Source: Eledone cirrhosa (taxonomy: Eukaryota). Taken from it: a stretch of DNA of 64,000 nt. The stretch covers positions 88,102,001 through 88,166,000 of the forward strand of contig OZ024742.1 in assembly GCA_964016885.1 (NCBI GenBank). Direction: 5' to 3'. Shown here piece after piece: positions 43,653-53,706 of the stretch. How positions within the stretch are numbered: position 1 is the stretch's first letter; the number at the start of each line of letters is the position of its first letter. A program made the translations under genes and the position numbers. The notes under the pieces are model-generated. The model saw nothing but the letters and a program-made list of their open reading frames with translations. It had not been told where the DNA came from and ran no database searches.

Positions 43653-43835
43653 AGATAAATTAACGGACCCATAGACTCCAGCTATTCCCTGTCAATAATG
43701 TGCTCAAAGGAAAAGGAATCCTGAGCTCTTTAAAATACAATATGTTGAAAAGGTAACACCATAGAGAGAGATAGTGTGCCATCAATAAAACAGGGAAAAC
43801 CACCAGTGTATGGAATCTATAATCTATGGTATGCT
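43651..43835. repeat. Copy of the 23238 repeat family abutting (TA)n
   Basis: Same start point directly after a (TA)n run. Confidence 0.75.
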
Positions 43836-43965
43836 GAGTTGTTATATAGTTATAAAGGTGCGTATATACACGCGCACACAGAGGCACATACATACACACA
43901 TATGTCGGTCTATATATCTATCTATCAATCTCTCTATCTCTCCCTCTCTCTCTCTATATATATAT

Positions 43966-44032
<67 letters not shown>

Positions 44033-44544
44033 ATGGTTCATACAGGTAACATGTAGAGCGCCTCCGTTGTATATAGGAAGAGCATATGACATTTGTATCT
44101 TTCATGAGACACATTTTAATGTGTGAACGCAATTCCATTATACACTCGCCTGTAGAAAGTGGTTGTATCTCAGAACGTTTTGCTGATTTGTTTTCTAACT
44201 TAAGCACATACTGTAAATATTATAGTGTGTGTATTCATCCGTGTCTGCGTAGCCGATTCTGGCGGTATTGTTTTAGGCATGAAGGACTCTTACAGGCATG
44301 CACCATTAGGTGAAAATGATGGCGTTATGACTGATGGAGTTATGACAGATGCAGTACATCGTTTGAATCGTTATCATGTGACTAGGTCATCCACGATGAA
44401 AGCATGTGAGCATCATCATGCGTGTGTGTGGTAGGCATGAAGTCATAGAGAAAATATTTAATTTGCAGTAATTTTGGCACAATGTAGTACATCAGTTGAT
44501 GGGACATAATATGTATGAGTAATTGAAATTATTCCTACATCTAA

Positions 44545-44745
44545 CACACTGCCAGAAATTTGGATGGACTGGGAAATCGATGATTAACTATACCACCAAA
44601 GAATTACTGGTACTTTAGTAAATCGAACTCGTAAAAATGAAAGGCAAAGGTAATATGGGATTAAAAGTCAGAAGATAAAGGGAAGTAACGATATGACAAT
44701 TCATATTGTCGGACTCTCTACCGGTCCTGCCAAACTAGCGACTTT
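44545..44745 (-). mobile_element. Diverged tRNA-derived SINE
   Basis: ATTACTGGTACTTT...ATGAAAGGCAAAG...CTCTACCGGTCCTGCCAA. Confidence 0.7.
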
Positions 44746-45009
44746 CTATGAATGATAACATACGATAAATTAGATCTCTCTCACTTGATTGAGCACTGTA
44801 TTCCTTCTTTTCACGGAAGTTTTTGCTGCAGGCGAATATACATACACATGTTTTTCCTTTGCATATGATTACACATACTTGCACACACACACACACACAC
44901 ACACCCACACACATATATATATATATTTTTTTTATTTATTTATGTTAGCCTTATGCTTTGGTCTCACACCCTCAACCAACTAAATGAATCCAAATATTTA
45001 ATTAACGGC

Positions 45010-45935
45010 ATCAAAACCCATATCTAATCCACAATGTAATGCAGTCAAAACCAACTCCAATTTGTGGAGATCTTAATCATGAAAAAGACACATATTGAAA
45101 CTGACATCCACTAGAATCCAACAGATTGCAGACAATACCTCGAGCCATCTATGCACATGAAGATGAATATCCGTTTTAATCTAGCAAGAAGAATTTGCGC
45201 AATTGTCTCCGATTATGAAACGCGGAACAAAAGACTTCAAGAATTAAAGGAAATTCTGCTCGAAAGACGATACCCACCGTCATTAATAGATAATGGAATA
45301 GAAAGGACTAATATTGAAGAATTACGAAAACTGAAACAAATTCAAGGTACGCCCAATATTCTATCGTATACCTCAACTCACAACCCAAGAAATACGTAAG
45401 CATACAACATTATTCACAAGAACATACCACTATTGAAACAAGACCCAAGAATGAAAAAGTACTTGAAACGCACGAAATAATCAAGGGAAAAAGACAACCT
45501 AAATCACTAATAACATTACTCACCAATGCCAAATTACCTACCATAAACCCCAAACCAACAGTAAAACGTCTGATCGCTCTAATTGCGGAACTTGAAGGTA
45601 CAATGTATAGATTTTAAGCAGGTCAAAATTTTGTTGTAAAATATCATCTCACTTGCTCATCAAAACATTTAATTTATACCATTAAATGTGAAGGAAGTAA
45701 TGAAGATTATAGAGAGCAAACCAAACCCACCCACAGAAACAGAATGACAATTCATCTCCAACAATTACGAGACCCTACCACTAGACAGATGCCACTCAGT
45801 GGACATATGTGCAATTGGTAAGATACCCAAATTCAAAGTTTCCCCACCTCATCTTTGCACTGACAATACAACGGACCAAATTGGAATAAATAAGGAAAAT
45901 ATGTTTATTAAAAATATGGACCGGTATTAAATATA
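45010..45935 (+). mobile_element. Degenerate Penelope-like (Neptune-type) 3' fragment: RT thumb plus GIY-YIG
   Basis: NIRFNLARRICAIVSD...LLERRYP...YTSTHNPRN, then LTCSSKHLIYTIKC...QT..HRNRMTIH. Confidence 0.75.
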
Positions 45936-46281
45936 GTTTAATATACGTTAATATGCTAACCATCCACACACATACATACACCCCCCCACCCCACACACAC
46001 ACATTCACACACACATATACATACACACACATACACACATAACACACTTCTCTGTATTCGAAAATAAAAGACCAAAGCTAAATATATTTTAACTTACACT
46101 TATATTTTAACTCATTAATATGCTAAGTATACCCAGATACACACATACACACTAACATAACACCCTTCTCCATTTCTACTAATGGAATCATTTCCATTTT
46201 TATTATCAAGACGATAAACCGCTTTGCTACATACACACACGCACACACGCACACGCACACGCATACATTCACACACACACA

Positions 46282-46313
<32 letters not shown>

Positions 46314-46519
46314 TACACATACACGCCCCCCCCCCCCACACACACACAAATAAAAAAATATATCTAATAATCATCGACGCCGCCACCACTATCGACACAA
46401 ACATTGAATCTATTTCAATGGAAAGTTTGAATTTTGACACCTCAGCAAGACATCAGCCATACTCTGTGAACCAGAACTATTTCTCCCGTCCTATTTGTTG
46501 ACCATTATCTCTTGGGATT

Positions 46520-46932
46520 GGCGGTGAATTGGCAGTATCGGTAGAGGGCCGGACGCCATGCTTTGACGCATAGTGTTACGGCCCTTGCCATTCTAGTTCA
46601 AATCCCGCCGAGGATAACTTTGCCTTTCATCCTTACAGGGTCAATAAAATAAAGTACTAGTGATGTACTGGGTATTTGCTGGTCTTGTGCCAATAGTAGA
46701 AACAATTATCTCTTGGATTGGCAGTATCGGCAGAGCGTCGGATACAATGCTTTGCAGCTTACAGTTACGGCCTTTTACGATCTCAGTTCAAATCCCGCCG
46801 AGGTTAAAATTTGCCTTTCATCCATACGGGGTCGATAAAATATAGTACCAGTAACGTACTGGGGTCGATTTTTAGACTTCCTTCCCCCCCCCAAAAAAAA
46901 ATTACTGGCCTTGTGCCTATACTAGAAATCAT
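46520..46932 (+). mobile_element. Two tandem tRNA-derived SINEs (short 46520-46707; long 46715-46932)
   Basis: Both match consensus; ATTATCTCTTG recurs before, between and after them. Confidence 0.9.
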
Positions 46933-47099
46933 TATCTCTTGCTTGGCATAAAACGTTCTATAACAAACTATCCACTTGTGATACCTATTTTATATGCCCA
47001 ATCATGTGACTTTGAAAATATGCACCTCAGTATGCAGATTGGAGCAGTAATAAACGAAGCTAAATGTTATACATTTGACTTATTTATTTTACTTTATTT

Positions 47100-47132
<33 letters not shown>

Positions 47133-47522
47133 ATATATATATTAGGCGACATATGTAACCTCAGTATCTTATTTTGTTATTTTATATATATATATATATA
47201 TATAGATAAAATAACAAAATAAGATGCTGAGGTTAAACAATTATAAAATTAGCACTTCTTAAATATAAACTACCCACAGTTTCTAATTTCTCGAGGAATT
47301 ACTTCCCCTGAAACCACCCTCTAATTAATAAGGTAAATATGTCCATTGGCGGCCATCCTGTTACCCATAAGCAGATCTCACACAATGCAGCCTCGACAGA
47401 AGAATACTGCTCGACTATGGCAGACGATAGATATACCCAGGACACCATAGTGAAATACCAATATATGGAATATTACATTCATGTAACATTATCTCCTTAT
47501 TTTAATTTATATTCCCTTTGAA

Positions 47523-47641
47523 GTTCCAATGAGCTGCTCTATTTTTACATAAGTTAATTATTTTCAACTGAACCAGATCAATAATGATCTATAATCATTT
47601 GACCCAGAAACATTATATGGAGTAGCGAAACAATTGTAAAC
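47523..47641 (+). ncRNA. Hammerhead ribozyme relic in 5' pLTR (family D; core CCAAUGA)
   Basis: GUU-CCAAUGA-GCUGCUCUAU...AUGGAGUAGC-GAAA-CAAUUG-UA-AAC. Confidence 0.55.
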
Positions 47642-47648
47642 GTACATT

Positions 47649-47970
47649 GGTCGATAAAGTACCAGTAATACTCTGGGTAATTGCTGGCCTTGTGCCAAAA
47701 GTAGAAACAATTATTATTATTAATATTATTAGTTATTATTAGTATTATTATTATTAATATTATTATTAATATTAGTTAAGGGTGGTGGATTGGCAGTATC
47801 GCTAGAGGGTCGGACGCCATGCTTTGTAGCATAGAATTATGGCCCTTTATGATCTGAGTTCAAATCCAGCTAAGGTTAACTTTGCCTTTCATCCTTACGG
47901 GTTCGATAAAATAAAGTACCAGTAATACACTGGGATAATTGCTGGCCTTGTGCCAAAAGTACAAACAATT
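47649..47970 (+). mobile_element. SINE 3' fragment (47649-47712) and full SINE (47780-47970) inside the pLTR
   Basis: Consensus match; absent from the 3' pLTR. Confidence 0.9.
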
Positions 47971-48303
47971 ATTATTAATATTATTATTATTCTCTACATT
48001 CCTTACATCAAACTAAAATGTTGACAATCTTTTAATAATGTCTTCCTTGTGAAATTTCTGGTCTTGTTTTGCTTAACTAATGAATATTTCCAGCTCTGTG
48101 CACCTAACCCCTGCATGAACTCAGCCACCTAGCTGCATTCCACTGAATATTGCACATTGAGCACGTGCCTTTACGCTCTGGCTTCTAACTAACTCACCAA
48201 TCTTTCTTATCCTCTCCTACCTCCTCTCCTATCACCATCTCTCTCTTTAAGATTGGGTACTCATGAACTGTATACTTGAGCTCCCGTACTGTTAGAAGTC
48301 ACC

Positions 48304-50798
48304 GTGTTGACCAAGCAGGATCTCAGAATATCACTTAAGTCCATTCCTATCCAGGACAGGACAGCATACCTCAAACTCCTAATACAGAGTGTCAAATCTT
48401 TCATCCGAACAATACGATGGAAAGCCTTCCACTTCGACCGTGCGGGTATTACTGACGCCGGAAGTACAGCAAATAGATATGGATTTGCACCTGCAAGAAA
48501 CCTCCACACAACATCCTGTTGGACGCTTTTGAGAAAGATCTATTTAACTTCGTCAGGAGCATTAAATTAAAAAAGCATTATAGACACAAGAATAATTTCC
48601 TTACAAAATTAGCAACAACTATAAAAATATTTAAAGATAGCCACCTCTTACATGTTATGTCTGACAAAACTAAAAATCTATACACCATGACTTCTGAAAC
48701 TTACAACTCTTTCCTTCTTAAGGAACTTAATAAAAACTATAAAAAAGCTATACCATCCAGTGTAAACTTACTTAACCGAACAGCCCATGTTTTGGTTAAG
48801 GACTTGCATCTGGATAGATTCACCCACCTTTATGTACCTACAACCCCAAGGTTTTCTCTTAAGGATCACAAGTCAAACTTTATGAAGAACCCATCTATTA
48901 GACTTATAATTCCAACCACATCCGACTTGGGTCGTATCAGTAAGAAAATCCTTGATAGAATCATCCCTGGGCTACGAGATTATGTCACTTACAAACTGTG
49001 GTCCAACACCGGCCAAGTCATTAGATGGTTCTCAGATCTAATATCCAAGGAATCTATGAGGTTCCTCCAATTTGATATTGACAGCTATTACGCTTTAATA
49101 ACCCCGGCACTGCTCAACAAAGCATTAACCCTAGCCAGCACCAACTCTGACATAACCAATAATGAGATTGACATCATACTTATGGCTAGGCAGACCATCA
49201 TTGAATTCAACGGTGCACTCTGGACTAGAAAAGACAGAATAAACAACTTTGACATCACTATGGGCTCAAGTGACTCTGTGCAAATCACCGAATTAGTTGG
49301 AATTTACCTATTACATAACATCACAGCTGAAATCCAACCCTTGCAAGGCGGAATATATAGGGACGACGCCCTATTTGCAGTCCACAATTGCACTAATCGA
49401 GGCATTGGCTTGCTAAAAAAACAATTGCATAGATTCTTAAAAAATAACGGTCTCTCTATCACCATCGAGCCTAACCATAAAGTAATACACTTTCTAGACG
49501 TTACCCTAGATCTTAACAATAACCTATATTACCCTTATCATAAACCAGGTCAAATACTTACATATATTAGCCCACACTCTAACCACCCACCGGCAGTCAT
49601 CAGAGCAGTAATCAAATCTATCTCGTATAGGATCTCCATGCTATCAGCACTTGAGGAGATAGTAATATAACATGTGGTATATTATAATAAGGCTCTTTCT
49701 GAATCTGTTTATGAACAGTCCATTTGCTACATACCTAAATGCCATAACACAGCACTTCACCACAACCATAATAAACTTAACACTAGCACTAGAAATATCT
49801 TAGCATATAGCCAGATTCGCCGGAATTTTAGCAGTAACAGCACCTATACAAGGAACCTTAATGGTGGCACTGGCCTGCTTCCCACGCCAAGTAGCAAACT
49901 AAACCACAACCCTAGAATAGGAATGAGCAATGGGATGACAAATAACATATGCCCAGGTAATAATAACCCCATGAAAGCCCCTATCAACTCCACTAGAACC
50001 CCTAGAATAATAGGCCAAGAAATATCACCTGGCTTATCATCTAATCTAGCCACTAGTATCCCTAAACGCTTCTTCTCTATCTTATCTAAACATCCCCACC
50101 CAACCATATACACTACAAACTCTTTAATAAAAACAACATTAAAATTTCATTCTCCACAACACCTATCCTAGCTAGCCACATCGCATTCAATAACCATCAT
50201 AAACTAAGACAGTATAACTCCCACACCGCGGTACCACCACCCCATCAAATACACCAGGCCACTACACCAATACTTACTCTAATAGCACACTTCCCCCATA
50301 TAACCCTTCTAACACTGACCAACCGCTTAATTTAAACAACCCTACTCTCACTAACCGCAGAATTAACTGCAACTGCCGTTACTCTAATGCATAGCCACTA
50401 AATGTACATTACCTGACACCCAATATAGTTTATAGGTGTACAGTTAAAACTGCTTCGCATACCAGCTCCTATATCAGCTCTATCTCTAACCCGTTTAAGG
50501 TACGCTATAACGCGCCCCCTTTTTCCTTCCGAGACCCTAACGACAGATGTTCGACATCTCTAGCTAGACTCATTAAAACCTTAAATTAACCAACATTGAA
50601 CACTCACTGACATGGGATATCTTGGCTAGGGCCCAACCGTTCAATGGACGAAAAAACTATTGTGACCTCTGTCTTACCGAAGCATATTACATAACTCTAT
50701 CACGACCTCTACCAATTAACGAGAGGACGCAGGTAACTATTAGCTGTCAACATCGAAGTGCTAATTCCTTCGCCAACAGAATATTTGACCCAACATAG
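48304..50798 (+). pseudogene. Penelope-like RT + GIY-YIG ORF, disrupted
   Basis: SLKSIPI...RWKAFHF, SDKTKNLY, QFDIDSYY, FDITMGS, GIYRDD, FLDVTLDL, SNHPP, CNCR..PL..NIVY, CDLCLTE, CQHR; several frameshifts and stops. Confidence 0.9.
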
Positions 50799-51180
50799 TC
50801 ATCTAGCCCCATTTTTACTTGTAGCTAATAAGTTAAATAGTTAGGCTAACTTAGATAATTATAAGTTACCTCCCTTACATTGTCTCTCAATTAAAACATT
50901 AAAAAATTAGCACTTCGTAAATATAAACTACCCACAATTTCTAATTTGTCGAGGAATTACTTCCCCTGAAACCACCCTCTAATTAGTAAGATATATATGT
51001 CCTTTGGCGGCCATCTTGTTACCCATAGGCAGATATCACACAATGTAGCCTCGACAGAAGAATACTGCTCGACTATGGCAGAAATAGATATACCCAGGAC
51101 ACCATAGTGAAATACCAATATATGGAACATTACATTCATGTAACATTCTATCCTTATTTTAATTTATATTTCCTTTTGAA

Positions 51181-51299
51181 GTTCCGATGAGCTGCTCTAT
51201 GTTTACATAAGTTAATTATTTTCAACTGAACCATATCAATAATGATCTATAATCATTTGATCCAGAAACATTATATGGAGTAGCGAAACAATTGTAAAC
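51181..51299 (+). ncRNA. Type I hammerhead ribozyme in 3' pLTR (family D; core CCGAUGA)
   Basis: GUU-CCGAUGA-10-bp stem II base-GAAA-CAAUUG-UA-AAC; palindromic stem III ACAAUUGU. Confidence 0.7.
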
Positions 51300-51474
51300 G
51301 GACAATATTATTATTAATATTATTATTATTATTCTCTACATGTCTTACATCAAACAAAAGTATGTTGACAATCTTTAAATAATGTCTTGTGAAATTTGTG
51401 GCCTTGTTTTGCTTAACTAATGAATATATATATATATATTAGACGATATATGTAACCTCATCATCTTACTTTGT

Positions 51475-51544
<70 letters not shown>

Positions 51545-51809
51545 GGAAAAAATGAAACGAAATTTCATTTCCCACTCTTAGTACGGCTGTTACTGTAATA
51601 TAAGTATCTACACGTACATACACATATGTATACAGACGTACAGTAGTATGTATATATATATATACATACATGTACACATATATATATATGTACGTATGGA
51701 TTTACCGAACATTTATTATAATGCTTGCTGTGTTTCTAAACAAACATCCCGTATTAAGCCGTAGTGTCCAGCAACCATCGTTGCTCGTTTGTTCAACACT
51801 GACAAAGGA

Positions 51810-51852
51810 ACGCTGTACTAGTTTTAAGCTTATTAGCTATCGTCAGCAATGT
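51810..51852 (-). ncRNA. Hammerhead family A, core mutated (GAAA to AAAA)
   Basis: ACAUUG-CUGACGA-UAGCUAAUAAGCUU-AAAA-CUAG-UA-CAGCGU. Confidence 0.65.
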
Positions 51853-52262
51853 ATACATTCCTGCCAGATTGTTGAACGTATATACTTACCTTATGCATAA
51901 TAACGGCTCAGTAGCCCACTTTGCATATCGAGTGTGTTTACAAATGTTTGTTTACAAACACACCGAGCATTATAATAAATGTTCGGTGAATCCATACGTA
52001 CATATATATATGTGTGCATGTATGTATATATATATATATGAATACTATTGTACGTCTGTATACATATATTTATGTACGTGTACATACTTATATTTAAGTA
52101 ACAGCCGTACTAAGAGTGGGAAATGAAATTTCGTTTCATTTTTTCCCTTTATCGTTTTCGGTGCACCCGGCCGATTAACCCTCTCGATATGCAAATTGGG
52201 CTACTCAGCCGTTAATATGCATAAGGTAAGTATATACGTTCAACAATCTGGCAGGAAGGTAT

Positions 52263-52305
52263 ACGTTGCTGACGATAGCTAATAAGCTGGAAACTAGTAC
52301 AGCGT
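52263..52305 (+). ncRNA. Minimal type I hammerhead ribozyme (family A), core intact
   Basis: ACGUUG-CUGACGA-UAGCU-AAUA-AGCUG-GAAA-CUAG-UA-CAGCGU; predicted cleavage after 52299. Confidence 0.88.
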
Positions 52306-52686
52306 TCCTTTGTCAGTGTTGAACAAACGAGCAACGATGGTTGCTGGACACTACGGCTTAATACGGGATGTTTGTTTACAAACACACGGAGCATTATAAT
52401 AAATGTTAGGTGAATCCATACGTACATATGTATATATGTGTGTGCATGTATGTATATATATATACATACTCCTGTACGTCTGTATACATATATGTATGTA
52501 CGTGTACATACTTATATTTCAGTAACAGCCGTACTAAGAGCGGGAAATGAAATTTCGTTTCATTTTTTCCGTTTATCGTTTTCTGTGCACCCGGCCGATT
52601 AACCCACTCGATATGCAAATTGGGCTACTCAGCCGTTAATATGCATAAGGTAAGTATATACGTTCAACAATCTGGCAGGAACGTAT

Positions 52687-52729
52687 ACGTTGGCGACGAT
52701 AGCTAATAAGCTTGAAACTAGTACAGCGT
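52687..52729 (+). ncRNA. Hammerhead family A, core mutated (GCGACGA)
   Basis: Same frame as 52263-52305 with CU replaced by GC; equivalent cleavage position 52723. Confidence 0.65.
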
Positions 52730-52935
52730 TCCTTTGTCAGTGTTGAACAAACGAGCAACGATGGTTGCTGGACACTACGGCTTAATACGGGATGTTTGTT
52801 TACAAACACACCGAGCATTATAATAAATGTTCGGTAAATTCATACGTACATATATATATATGTGTGCATGTATGTATATATATATATACATACTACTGTA
52901 CGTCTGTTTACATATATGTATGTACGTGTAGATAC

Positions 52936-52971
<36 letters not shown>

Positions 52972-52989
52972 GTGTGTGTGTGTGTTTGT

Positions 52990-53620
52990 GTGCTGGATGT
53001 TCGTGTTAAGAGAGGGGATGAGCTGTCAACTGATCATTACTTGTACTTGATAGGTTTGATGCCGGGTGTTGCATGGTTGGAATTAAAATCAGTGTTGCGA
53101 ACACTCGGACACTCGATCTTTGAAGAACGCCTGTACAGTGCACTCTACATGTGAAGGGATTTCCACGGAAGCAGGTATAATAGTTCAAGTTTCTCATATG
53201 CGTGGTGGAAGCCAGGAGGCTGAATTAAGTTCAAGAATTGTAGGAGCTTGTGCAGTAGTTTCCCAATTTCAGCATTTAGTAATCAGAAGTAGGAAGGTAG
53301 GCGTAAATACCAAACTGGCTATCTTTAATTCGGTATTCATGACAGCACTTACATTTGGTCATAAATCTTTAGTAATCTCCGAAAAAATGGTGTTCTTCCG
53401 AGGGGTCTTTTGAATAACGTTTTTCAATAGAGTGCGTAACACGAAAATCAGAAAGGCACCCAGTTAGAGCCAATACATCATCTATGTGAAAGATCGCAGC
53501 TCTAATAATATGGACGGTTGGCTAACATCCATGAGCTTGGCCTGTCTAGCTTTGTTATCCAGCCGTATCAGTTACAGACGGTTGCTTCTGACAGGATCTG
53601 CTGGAAGGTGTGTTTGAGGA
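52990..53620 (+). mobile_element. Internally deleted RTE-clade (Rex3/Expander-like) LINE remnant
   Basis: DVRVKRGDELSTDHYL (APE C-terminus) then KLAIFNSVFMTALTFGHKSLV and ERSQL. Confidence 0.7.
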
Positions 53621-53643
53621 CTATATCCACACGACATTTTCAA

Positions 53644-53704
<61 letters not shown>

Positions 53705-53706
<2 letters not shown>

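Larger units (their letters stand above)
47244..51480 (+). mobile_element. Near-complete Penelope-like retroelement (probably Naiad-type) with direct-repeat pseudo-LTRs
   Basis: 47244-48086 (minus SINE inserts) repeats 50903-51427; encloses RT and endonuclease remnants; ends at (TA)n. Confidence 0.88.
51541..52930. mobile_element. Array of the ~424-nt hammerhead unit (family A): one inverted arm plus ~2.3 tandem units; retrozyme-like
   Basis: Minus arm ~51541-51935; plus units ~51936-52930; no plausible ORF. Confidence 0.85.

Noticed and set aside
50360-50770. Selenocysteine (in-frame UGA) use in the Naiad-like PLE
   Set aside because: Conserved Cys positions I could read are TGC/TGT; the one stop at an expected Cys is TAG, not TGA.
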